A DNA stretch of 63,673 nt, the filler included, from Reticulomyxa filosa (Eukaryota > Protista > Foraminifera): the NCBI GenBank assembly GCA_000512085.1. It is 16 parts of 16 records of this genome, joined end to end, with 100 filler letters (N's around TTAATTAATTAA, not from the genome) between each part and the next. Parts side by side here need not be neighbours in the genome. Positions count along the whole stretch, not along the records: positions 1 to 13,651 come from ASPP01027167.1; positions 13,752 to 24,268 come from ASPP01020675.1; 14 more parts are not named here. The stretch is one strand, 5' to 3'. The translations under genes and the position numbers were made by a program. The notes under the pieces are model-generated. The model did no database searches, had not been told where the DNA came from, and worked only from the letters and a program-made list of their open reading frames with translations. Of this stretch, positions 10,301 through 20,914 are shown piece after piece (positions within the stretch are counted from its first letter, which is position 1; every line of letters starts with the position of its first letter).

Positions 10301-12994
10301 AAGGGAGAGTAAAACATACAAAACGAAGAAAAAAACAACAACATTTTGGATAAATCAGATTCAAAGGTAGAAAACGAAAATAAAATTTGGGATAAGTATT
10401 TTGATGGTAACAGTATTGCAAAATATGTATTGAGGAAAATTGGTAACAACAACTACCAATTCTTACACAAATCGTGTCAAGAATATTTTGCAGCACAAAA
10501 AATAATGCTTGACATCATTTCATGGAAGCCAAGTTTTAATGCAAATCTCAGCAATCAAGAATTTCAGGAACAATTTGAACTATATGTTCCCAAGTTGCTT
10601 ATCAATTGTAAATTATTAAATGAAGAATTAGAAATTATAAAATTTATTAGTGAACGAATTAATGACACAAATTCAAAATTTATCAATTTTAAATCAAGAT
10701 TGTTTCGTATTATTGATGCATCAAAAAATAATAGCAATGTTAGTATTGCAGCTGCAAATGCAATCACTATCCTTAACTCAGCTAATATTAATATGCATTA
10801 TCAAAATTGGGAAAATATTAAAATTCCGCATGCAATTTTAGATCATTCATTTCTTGAAGGAACTATTTTAAAAAATGCAAATCTTGATTATGTTAGTTTT
10901 TTCCATGCTTTCTTAAATAAGACAAATTTTACAAATGCATCAACAAATGGAGTATTTTTTGGCGAATATGCTTATTTAGAAGGAAGCTCAGTTGTAAATG
11001 GAGTGCAATTTTCACCAGATGGTTCAAAATTTGTATCTTGGTCAAGGGATGGAATTATTCGGGTATGGAGTACGTCATCAGGAAAACAAATTCAATGTTT
11101 CCAAGGACATTCAAATGACATAGAAGATGTGCACTTTTCACCAGATGGTTTAAAAATTGTGTCATGTTCAAGGAGTGATAAAACAATTAAGATATGGAAT
11201 GTACTATTAGGTCAACAAATTCAAGCATTAAAATACCACGCCGACTTGCATGGAGTGCAATTTTCTCCAGATGGTTCAAATGTCGCATCATGTTCAACTG
11301 ATAAAACAATTCAAATATGGAATTTATTATCGGGCCAGCAATTTCAGTTATTAAAAGGACATACTGCTGGTGTATCTGCAATTCAATTTTCGAGAGACGG
11401 TTCAAAGCTTGTATCATGCTCATTTGATAAAACAATCCGATTATGGAGTGTGGAGTCAGGACAAGAATTGAAAAAATTTGAAGGACACACTGATCGTATT
11501 AATAAAATTCATTTATCATCAGATGACCTTAAAATCGTGTCATGTTCAGACGACGAAACAATTAGAATATGGGATATATTATCCGGAAAACAAATTCAAG
11601 TATTACGAGGACATACGGGATGGGTAAATGCAGCATATTTTTCGCCTGATAATTCAAAAGTTGGGTCTGGCTCAGAAGACGAAACAATTAGAGTATGGGA
11701 CACATTGTCTGGAAAACAGCTCCAAGTATTACAAGGACATTCAAGTCGGATTACAGGATTGCAATTTTTTTCAAATGGCTCTAAAATTTTATCGTGCTCG
11801 AGTGATAAAACAATCCGAATGTGGGATGTAACATTAAGACAAAACGCTCAATCAATAGGAGGACATCTAAGTCATATAAAGGAAGTACAATTTTCACCGG
11901 ACAGTTCAAAAATGGTGTCATTTTCCACTAATAACTCAGTGCAATTTTGGGATGTTTTGTCAGGTAGACAAATTTTTTTATTACAGGGCTATTCGAATGG
12001 TATATGTGGAATACAATTTTCATCAGATAATTCTAAAATAGTATCATGTTCACACGACGGAACAATCCGAATATGGTCTACCTCATCCGGGAGACAATTG
12101 CAATTAATTCATTTGGATGCAAAGAATGTACAATTTTCACCTGATGATTCAAGGATTGTATCATATTCAGGTAAAAGTATTCAAATATGGGATGCGTCAT
12201 CAGGGAAACAAATACAAGTATTAAATGGACATTTAAATGATGTAATTGCTGTTCAATTTTCACCTGATGGTTCTAAACTTGCGTCTCATTCTCTTGATAA
12301 GACACTTCGAGTATGGGATATATCATCTGGGATAGAGCTTCAATCGTTTGAAGGGCAGCCGTGCTTTAAAGGCGCCATACAGTTTTCATCAGATGGATCT
12401 AAGATCTTATCTTGTACGAGCAAGGCTATTTACTTATGGGATGTATCATCTGGAAGTCAACTTCTATTGTTAAAGGGACATTCGGGCGATATAGAGGGTG
12501 TGCAATTTTCACCAAATTGTTCCAAAATTTTGTCATATTCATGGGATAAAAGTGTCCGATTGTGGGATGTTCTTTCTGGAAAACAACTCCATATTTTAAA
12601 AGAACACACTGGTTACATTACTCGAGCACAATTTTCGTCAGATGGCTCTAAAATTATTTCATGCTCGGGAGATAAAACTATTCGAATATGGGATGTATTT
12701 TCAGGACAACAAATTCAATTGTTAGAAGGACATACTGGATTTTTATATGGAATACAGCTATCACCAGATGGCTCTAAAATTGTATCATATTCAGAAGATA
12801 GAACAATCCAATTATGGGGCACTAGTAATAATAGCAAAATAGCTGATGTGACCGAGACTAATTTTGTGAAATGCATTTGGCGAGCTGGTGTTCAAAGTTT
12901 TGGCTTATCAATGAAAGACAGTATCTGGAAAGGTACAAATGATTTAACTCATCAACAGAGGTTGCTTGTGGAGCAACGTGGTGGAATACTTTGA
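7353..12994 (+). CDS. NLR-like STAND protein: CUE-like + Cys4 Zn-like domain + RelA/SpoT-like nucleotidyltransferase + NACHT + pentapeptide repeats + 15 WD40
   Basis: ORFs 7335-7595 (exon ending gag|gtatat at about 7529), 7831-9798, 9795-10370 and 10346-12994. NACHT motifs: Walker A GKSGSGKS, Walker B FVFILDGFDEI, sensor IIVSCRS, EPFLL, winged-helix FLHKSCQEYFAA and AAANAITIL. These are followed by pentapeptide repeats (ILKNANLDYVSFFHAFLNKTNFTNAS) and a WD40 array. The ORFs join through single-base frameshifts at A-runs 9784-9794 and about 10311-10314. Confidence 0.9.
7681..7765. repeat. Imperfect (TA)n microsatellite in an intron of the NLR-like gene
   Basis: atatatataaatatatat...atatgtatatg tract seen directly. 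Confidence 0.8.
8341..8740 (+). other. RelA/SpoT-like (RSH synthetase / small alarmone synthetase) nucleotidyltransferase domain inside the NLR-like gene
   Basis: Motifs appear in RSH synthetase order and plausible spacing: NLKEDKRLLEK (Syn1-like), DYEGDFSQVFDIGRFTIL (Syn2 Asp), KDFF, HYRFHNI (variant of GYRxxH), YIEMQAT (ExQ) and NHSLYKLVR (H..Y). Confidence 0.75.
10981..12822 (+). repeat. Array of 15 WD40 repeats (about 42 aa / 126 nt each)
   Basis: Repeating consensus L.GH...V..VQFSPDGSKIVSCS.DKTIRIWD..SG.Q counted 15 times in ORF 10346-12994. Confidence 0.95.
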
Positions 12995-13651
12995 CGTGTT
13001 TGTTTATTGATTTCTTGTAAAAAAGGCATTTTAGAGAAGTTTATCGACTTTTTCAAGGATTAAGTAAAGGGTAGACCAGGTTTTGTAGTAGGAAAATTGA
13101 AAACGCAAGTTACTACACAGAATTTCAGCTAAATAAAAAACTTTAATGGATGCTCAAATAACTCATTATTAGCACTATTAAATTGAAACTGGAAATGACA
13201 AAAGTAGAAAAAATTAAAGCTCAAAACTTTTTTAAAGTAGTCCAATCACTTAATCGTTATAAAAACCCGAAGAAATTGTATAAATAGTATTTTTGACAAA
13301 TGCAAGCCAAATTTGAATTGTTACAGTTTTTCTAGGATTTGGTAATGTAAATATTATACAACATTCACACGTGTTTAATGGTTTGATCACTAGCTGCTAA
13401 GGGAAGCATTTAATTTGTGAAAGAGAAAATTAAATGGATATCCTGATGTTGTATTGTTCTTGTTCGTGAAATAACAGCTCGAATATGGAGAGAGAAGAGC
13501 CAAAAAACGACATTTGTAATGTTCAAGAGAATTTTTTCTAAAAAGGGAAAACTTTTTCTCTTTACTAAAAAAAAAATAATGATTTATTAAAAAAAAAAAA
13601 AAAAAGTTCAATTTTTTTATTTTGGAATCAAAATTGTAAAACAAAAAATGA

Positions 13652-13751
13652 NNNNNNNNNNNNNNNNNNNNNNNNNNNNNNNNNNNNNNNNNNNNTTAAT
13701 TAATTAANNNNNNNNNNNNNNNNNNNNNNNNNNNNNNNNNNNNNNNNNNNN
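13652..13751. other. Artificial assembly spacer N44-TTAATTAATTAA-N44 (first of 15)
   Basis: The identical 100-nt spacer also occurs at 24269, 26370, 30081, 32959, 42008, 43381, 45021, 46340, 48095, 53953, 56284, 58156, 59791 and 61115. TTAATTAATTAA places a stop in all six frames. Confidence 0.98.
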
Positions 13752-13833
13752 TTTTTTTTTTTTTTCTCTTCCATCACAAAAACATGCACATGAACAGTAT
13801 GCAGACAAGAAAGAAGACGAAGAGTTTCAGTCG

Positions 13834-14904
13834 ATGTTGAGTGCCTCAGAAAAAATTCTCGCAGCCAGAAAAGGTGAGTTGGTAATAATCGGATGGACGC
13901 GTGACAAGTATTTGGTTCGACTTCGTGATCGAAGTGGTTCTAGAAAAGGAAAAGCGGAAGAACTAGTGAAGGCTCTAATAAAAATTTGGAGCTGGAAAGC
14001 GGTACAACAATTATGGTCAGAGAATTATAAAAAGTTGCCTGACGCATGTAAATACCTGGACTATTATATGAATAGCATAGATCGTATATCTCAGACAAAT
14101 TATCATCCAACGGATGAAGATATCTTAAAATCTCCCAAGGGAGGATATTCTACAAATCCACAATTGTTCGATTTTGTAATTATCAATAATTCCTATCAAT
14201 GGGTGGATTTAAACACGCATACTAGAAGCATCGGATTCAAGACCTTATCGAGTTGGTATGCTCGACACGATAATCCCGCGGCATTACTATTTACAGTATC
14301 GTTGGCATCATTTTGTGAAGAATTAGGGGCAAGAGAATTTGAATGGTTGAAAAAAGCGCAGGAAAAACAAATGGCAACTAAACAAATAATTAACAAAGAC
14401 AATAATATCTCGGATCCTGTCATTTACTCGAATGTCATGCAGCAATCCATTAATTTATTTGGTCAAATGCTAGACGCATGGAGCGCAAAAAAACCAAAGT
14501 GTATTGTTTTGCTACGTGAAAAGCAACTTTTATATGACAGAATCGTCAACCAGCGCATTCCATTTCATCGTTACTTTGGAAAAAATTGCAAATGGGGTAC
14601 ACATCCTTCTCAATGCGAACCGTTTGGATATCACTTAAAACATCAACCAACCAGCCCTGTTGCAGAGGAAATAAAAAGTGAAAGCCTGGTAGATATAGCG
14701 ATCGAAGGGGCCAAGGATCCATTACAACTTTTAAATGAGACACAATATGTGAATGAAATTGTGCGCTTCATAAAGCTTCAATTTTCCAAAGAAAGAAAAT
14801 GGAGAGATTATCCGAAGCTACTACTTCTTGTTGAAAACGATTGCACTGACCCAAAAGAATTAAAACAAATTTGTGTCGAGATCGATCGTGCCTTAAACTC
14901 GTAA
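13834..14904 (+). CDS. Divergent heterotrimeric G-protein alpha-like protein (5' end lost at the contig edge)
   Basis: G-alpha helical-domain signature IKIWSWKAVQQLW...LPDACKYLDYYMNSIDRISQTNYHPTDEDILKS. ALLFTVSLASF and VMQQSINLFGQML match the beta4 and alpha3 segments. The G2, G3 and G4 motifs are degenerate. Confidence 0.8.
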   Translation: MLSASEKILAARKGELVIIGWTRDKYLVRLRDRSGSRKGKAEELVKALIKIWSWKAVQQLWSENYKKLPDACKYLDYYMNSIDRISQTNYHPTDEDILKSPKGGYSTNPQLFDFVIINNSYQWVDLNTHTRSIGFKTLSSWYARHDNPAALLFTVSLASFCEELGAREFEWLKKAQEKQMATKQIINKDNNISDPVIYSNVMQQSINLFGQMLDAWSAKKPKCIVLLREKQLLYDRIVNQRIPFHRYFGKNCKWGTHPSQCEPFGYHLKHQPTSPVAEEIKSESLVDIAIEGAKDPLQLLNETQYVNEIVRFIKLQFSKERKWRDYPKLLLLVENDCTDPKELKQICVEIDRALNS

Positions 14905-15161
14905 ACAAAATTTTTTCTTTCATAAATATTTTTGTCTAAGGTGTTTGTAAAAATTCTTGAGCTGTACTGATCACAATTTTTTTTATTTTTTTTTGCGGCT
15001 TTGCTTTTGAAATGTTGTTTTGTTCTAATGTGTTTCGATCCCATACATTCCCGCAGATTTCTTTTTAACACTTCAGAAATCATAATAATACTTTTTTTTT
15101 TTACCCTTTCCGGTAGCTTTGAGTTTTAAATAAATAACTGTCAACAAACACACTCAAAAGA

Positions 15162-16267
15162 TTAAGCAAACATTTCTGGTGGGGGTTTAAGAGGGATTTG
15201 ATTGTGTTTGAATGATTTGTCCAAAAAAGCGTTGATATCACTTGCAATTAATTGATAAGTCTTTTGAATCTCACCACTTCTAATTTTGTTCATGTGTTGG
15301 CCCCACTCATTTTCGTTGATGGCCCTTGCCTTTGCCGGCTGTATGGACTTTCCAACATTGGCCATGAATGATACTAACTCTTGTTCATGGGCAGTCTTTG
15401 CGTTCTCCAGCAATTTTATATCTGATATGCCGAGATTTTGCTCCGGCCTGTTATAATTGCTTGCCGAAAAAGCAGACTGCACTTGATCACTTTCGGCCGA
15501 TTTCTGATCGAACCAATTGGCGTCTGAATTATTTACAGAGAATTGTCCATCGAAGAAACTTCGATTTGAGCCCTTTATTGTGTGTATGTCAATTATTAGC
15601 AGTGCTTTATATGTTTCTTTTTTTTAAAGAAAAGAACTCTGTTGTTATTATCAAATGAATTGAAAAAGGAGCCACCACCATTGCCATCATTTCCAAACCG
15701 TGGCTGCTCTCCTGAAACCGTTATATTATGGGTTGTGTTATTGTGAGATTATTTGCAACCAATACTGTTTTTTATTATTATTACCAAAAGAGTTATCATT
15801 ACGGTTTTGATCTTGCCAAGATCTATCCCGCCCGGGGTTGTGATCATTCATTCTGAAATTATCATTAAAACCGTTGTTATCAAATATTCCAAAGCCTTGA
15901 TTACCACCCCTATTGTCTGAGTTTTGATTACGGTTTTGGTTTGGATTATTTCGATATTGATTTTGGTTGTGTTGATTGTCGCGATTTTGGTGTTGATTGT
16001 TGCGATTTTGGTGTTGATTGTTGCGATTTTGATGTTGATTGTCGCGATTTTGATGTTGATTGTTGCGATTTTGGTGTTGATTGTTTCGATTTTGATGTTG
16101 ATTGTTTCGGTTTTGGCTGTGATTCCGGTCCTGTTTTCACACATTGCTACTCAAGACAAACAAAGGTTGTCGTAGACCCAGCACGTAACAGAATGGAGAT
16201 TACGACATCCGCTGCCATAACGGCAGAGCCCTTTTTCCCAAAACGAACAAATAGTTGCTTGTGCCAT
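15162..16267 (-). CDS. NUP42: NUP42/NUPL2-like nucleoporin (CCCH zinc finger, Q/N-rich repeat, C-terminal Gle1-binding-type motif), multi-exon
   Basis: Exon 1 encodes MAQATICSFWEKGLCRYGSGCRNLHS (CCCH). Predicted intron 16131-16189. A few FG motifs follow (QGFG, NSFG, PRFG). The C-terminus AFLDKSFKHNQIPLKPPPEMFA resembles the NUPL2 end FQSKKFTLGKIPLKPPP (recalled). Confidence 0.75.
15970..16116 (-). repeat. Seven tandem 21-bp units encoding QNR(N/D)NQH
   Basis: Plus-strand unit tgttgattgt(t/c)(g/t)cg(a/g)ttttg(g/a). Differences between units are mostly synonymous in the minus-strand QNRNNQH frame (CGA/CGC, CAC/CAT, AAT/AAC). Confidence 0.92.
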
Positions 16268-16450
16268 GAATCACCGATGCCGATAATGAAAGAAATGAAT
16301 TTTTTTAAAAAATTTTAAGCAGATATCCTCGAAAAAATTAAAGACGACCGATTTCTTTTGTGTTCGCTATAAATGAAAAAGTTTATGCGAAAGAAAGATT
16401 AAAGAATTATTTTTGATGGTGAAAAAAAGAAGATAAATAACACGCAAAAA

Positions 16451-19400
16451 TTACTTTATTGTAATTGTTTGTGCTGTTTCGATCCATTCAAAACCATTAT
16501 TAAACGATACTTCTAACAAAACTTTCTTTTTTAAGCCAATTTTCTCTAAGCCTTCAAATGAACAGGCAATAATATTTTGGCTCAGTGACACAGTACCTGT
16601 TGTTTCTACAACAACATCTTTTCCTTCCCTTAAGCGTGCTCTATTGAATTAACACAAAACATACCTCAAGCTTTTAAGAAAATGGAAATAAATGGAAAAT
16701 TTGAGTTCTGTGTACCTGATAGAGTTGGATGAAAATAAATTTAATACTCCAATTTCAATACTATTGTTCCCAGAGCTTAGCACAGCTGGATTTATTTTTC
16801 CAAACTTGATTTTGTCTATACATATATGACTTGTAATATTTAGATGAAACATGCTTTGACAAGGACAAGAAGCGTACCATAAACATAAAATGCCATTGTT
16901 CGGTTGATTTCGTCATTCAGGTGTGCAGAAATTTGATATTGTCCTGCTTGTTGAAGTTGTGGAAGTGCTGTAACAATTAGCCCAGCGGATACATCCAGTG
17001 CTTGCACGTGGCACTCCATTTCGTGTTTGGTGCTATCGCCTTGAATTTTTATTCTTTGGAAAAAAAATGAAATTAAAATGTTGCATTTATTTGTCGTATC
17101 TCAAAGTAATAATAGTATGGCGATAAAAAGAAATAAAAAAACTAAATAACTTGATATCGTTTTGGTAACTCGACAGATCAACTCCACAGATTTTTAATGT
17201 AATTGCACATTGTGATGTGGAAATTAAGCTGACACAACTTGGATGCATCGATATAATTTTAGGATCTTTTCAGTAAAACAATCGTCCAAACTTGCAAGCA
17301 AAAATGAATAAAACAAAATGAAATTAGGAAAGGTTTACTTACCAATGCATGAAACAGAGTCTAATTCACTAAATTGTTCGTTATTACAAGTTAAAGAGAA
17401 TTGCAGCTGCAATGGTGTATTCTCTCGGAGGGTATTGAGATAATCCAATGAAATTGGTACAGTTAAATGCCCTTGTCCATTGTCTTGTTCTGTGGGCAGT
17501 TCAAACATTTGCCTTTGTTCTTGTTCGTTAATTGCATTAAATAATTGTTCATATTTTTCATCTAATTTTTTGCTTTCTTCCTTTGTTTTTGTTTTTGTTT
17601 TTGTATTTTGTATTTTATACTGTTCAAGCAATACCTTTTGTTTTGTTTTGTTTTTTCTCGTCACACCTCTCTTTTTTTCAACATATTTTCCCATTCACTC
17701 AATCTCAATTTTTCGGCTTCCTGTTCGTATATTTAGTAAAAATAATAATAATAAAAAAAAAAAGAGTGTTTTGCAGGACTCTATGTTTTTAAAAAATTAC
17801 AAATAATGAAAAACCTCGTTTTCTTCCTTCTTTTTATTTTTCTTTTTTTTTTCAATTGCAAGATCTTCCATTTTCTTTTTTTCGTCTTCCTATAATAGTC
17901 CGTTGTTTTTTGTTTTTTTTTTTAATGTTGAACACGTATACTCATTTTGTTGAGAATATCATAGCGCACACGATCTAACTTGATTGCATTTGGACAGCCA
18001 TTGAGCTTTTTCATCATCTTTTTGCTTCTTTAATACTTCTCTATCATGCGAATATTGCTGCTTAATGCACAGAGTTTGTTGCAAAATTTTCTGTTTGCTC
18101 AGAGATTCATAAGTTGCGCAAACAATTATTGGAGCCACGTTTGCGCTTGACAGTTGGATCCTTTCCCGTGTGCAAATTTAAAAAACACACACAAAATGTA
18201 GCACTGATAGCAAGGTACAGGCATGGATGACAGTGCAAAACTTTATATCTTCGCAATGATTTTTATCGTAAACAAATCCTTTGACTTTGACTAATATTTT
18301 GAATTCATCTTGATTATTTTGTTGTGAGGATAATACAATTCGTTGTGGTGAAGTGCCCTCTGAGAGGACATGGTAACCATGAATTTTCTCCGTCGTATGA
18401 AAAAAGTCTTGACCATCAAAAGCCAAAAATAATTGATAAGAGCCAGTAGCTGGCAAAACTGGAACAGCAAAATTGACCTTGTTGGTGGTTTTGTTCCATG
18501 CAGCTTGAATTATAACAGAGTGGTTTCCCTGTTATTCAAAAGAGTAGAAATTTTCCTAAAATTAACAAAAAGGAAAGTTGTTGTACCTGTGTAAATAAAA
18601 TTTTAATGTGTTGCGTGTCCAGTATGCTTGGAAGTTCCAAAGGGAGTTGCAACTCACAGTGGGTTCCTCCTTTGATATCTGCGCATGTTGGATGGCAGAC
18701 AAAGTTGCCAATCATTTCATCTGAACACACCAAAAGTGGTCGGAAGAGATTGAGAATACATGATATAATAAACAAAAAAATCCTCAGTTAAAGACAAGCT
18801 AACCAACAAGGTAACACTTTTTTGAATTGCTGTAATATTTGCCGTCAACTGCCACGGAGACGTTTACTGGCACAGTTGCAAGCGTTGTCTTAGAGATCCT
18901 TGGCTGAACGAAGCGAAGCCACTGAAGACCGGATGGTGAAGTTACAGCAATTGTATTCTCGTTTGCGTCATTGTCATTCCTTTCCCATGTCCCTTCGAGT
19001 TCAACGTCTTGATCACAGTGCTCAAATTTTATCGTGACTGGGAACGAGGTTTTGAAAAGTCCATGTCCAGTGATTCGCAAGATAGTCTTTCCATTCTTAT
19101 GAAATAATGGTGGTGATATCTTGCTAATTGTTGTGGGAGTTACAACAGCTAAAGTTTTGGTAGTAATTGCTGCACATATTGGTTTAATGAAAGGATCGTG
19201 AATGAGTACTTGTTGTGGTGTTCGATAAATAACCCCTTGTCCAAACAACGAATCGCTTTTACCAAACACAAAAAATTCGTCATTTTCTGTTTTTTATAGT
19301 ACATTCAAACTTTCTTTTGCTTTTGCTTTTCACACCAATGGCAACGTATCTCAACAAAATTGTGCAGCTGACAAAAAAAATATGTTGGTTGTAGTTGAAC

Positions 19401-20487
19401 CTGTTACTATTGCTGATATGTTGCCACAACAACTAATATCTTTCACAAAAAGAAGTTTTTCTTCCGAAAATATATTTATTGGCACTGGGCTTAAGTACGT
19501 CAAGGATTTATTAGTTTTAATTCCCAATTGTCCAAACATATTTTGTCCCCAACCCAGCGCATATCCATTACCTAGTGTTTTTTTTCCATTTTGCAAGCAT
19601 CCAGTTTTGTTAGTAAAGAAAATAAAACACAGCGCATAAAAATATGTAACTCATCAAGCACAGTGTATGATAAGAACCGCTACAGATTTTAATTGGAAAT
19701 GAGCGCTTTTCGTTATCTGAAAGCAATTTTTCATCTATTTTGACTATCAGAGGGACTTCTTGCTTTTTTTTTTTCCATTTCCGCATTGACCAGTCATCGA
19801 ACTTCCCCACATGTACACAGCATTCATTTCTACACATGACGGCAAACAAGAAAATATGCTTTTGATCTTGCTAGAAAAAGAGGCAATACACAAAAAAATT
19901 ACCTGTTATTGCAATAGTGCAATAGTCACCTGCACCAATGGCTTGAAAGTGCACAGGCTCAGAGAAATGCACATATCGTGGCAAAAATTGGAAAAAACGT
20001 TCTTACACCCCAGTTGCCCATATGATCCATCCCCAAACGTGTACAATTCTCCAGTAGATGTCAAGACTACAGAATGAAATTTGCCACAGGCAATGTTACA
20101 AATGTCTATTTTCAGGCGATTGAAGAGAGTGACAAGAGTTGGGAAGCGAATTTTAGGACTACTGGCCCCAAGACCACACTGCCCAAACTGATTGTTTCCA
20201 AAGGAATAAACTTGGCTTAGACAGTGTTCAGACGCACAAACTTGAATTAAGCAATGGCTCTCCCCAAAAGAAATATCTTTAATATCAAAACTTCCAAGCA
20301 TTTCACTACCTTCTTTCAACATTTCATTAAGTTGAACTATTTGAATATCTCCTTCTTTCAATAAAATCATATTTTCATATCCTGAACATAGTTTTGAGAT
20401 TCGAGATGGGCTTTTTGAAGGCCTAACTGGAACAGAAATAATGGAGTGAGGTGCGGATTGGACATGCAATATACCTGCTCCACTCAT
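16451..20487 (-). CDS. RCC1-repeat protein with C-terminal IPT/TIG-like beta domains, multi-exon
   Basis: RCC1 motifs VYSFGNNQFGQCGLG, IACGKFHSVVLTSTGELYTFGDGSYGQLG, ICSGSYHTLCL and GWGQNMFGQLG. IPT-like segments TISKISPPLFHKNGKTILRITGHGL, VSVAVDGKYYS and LAFDGQDF. The last exon ends ...LEVSFNNGFEWIETAQTITIK at the stop at 16451. Confidence 0.75.
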
Positions 20488-20914
20488 ATTCTGTAGTTGT
20501 GCTTTTTTGTAAGAGTTATTGGATTGTTAGATGATTCTCACACACAGCACAAATACCAACACTGATTTATTCACCTTTGACGTTTGAGTTTATGAAATTT
20601 TTAAAAATTTAGATAAATGAGTAGTTAGTAAACTGTTTTTCCTTGCCATTGAAAAAACAAAAAGGAAAAGTAAATGAAATGGATATCAAAATAAGAGCTG
20701 CACAGTGATTATGCAGTTGTCGATCGCTTAATAAATTTGAACTTTGACGTATCATTGCACGTAACAGAAAACATATTGCGGTTTTAATGGGGACATTTTG
20801 GAGTAAAGAGTGTATCGAAAGAAGGGAAATGAAGACGAGCCAAAAAAAAGAAGGTTTTTGGTGTATCATGGCTAAATAAGAAAATGCCAATAAAGCAAGG
20901 CAAGTTAAATGTGT

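Noticed and set aside
15970-16116. 21-bp repeats as a CRISPR array
   Set aside because: No spacers, no cas genes, and a eukaryotic coding context.
15848-16318. Overlapping repeat ORFs (IATINIK, VAILVLI, DCCDFGV and SQQSTPK frames)
   Set aside because: These are shadow frames of the 21-bp repeat. Splice context and synonymous variation favour the QNRNNQH frame.
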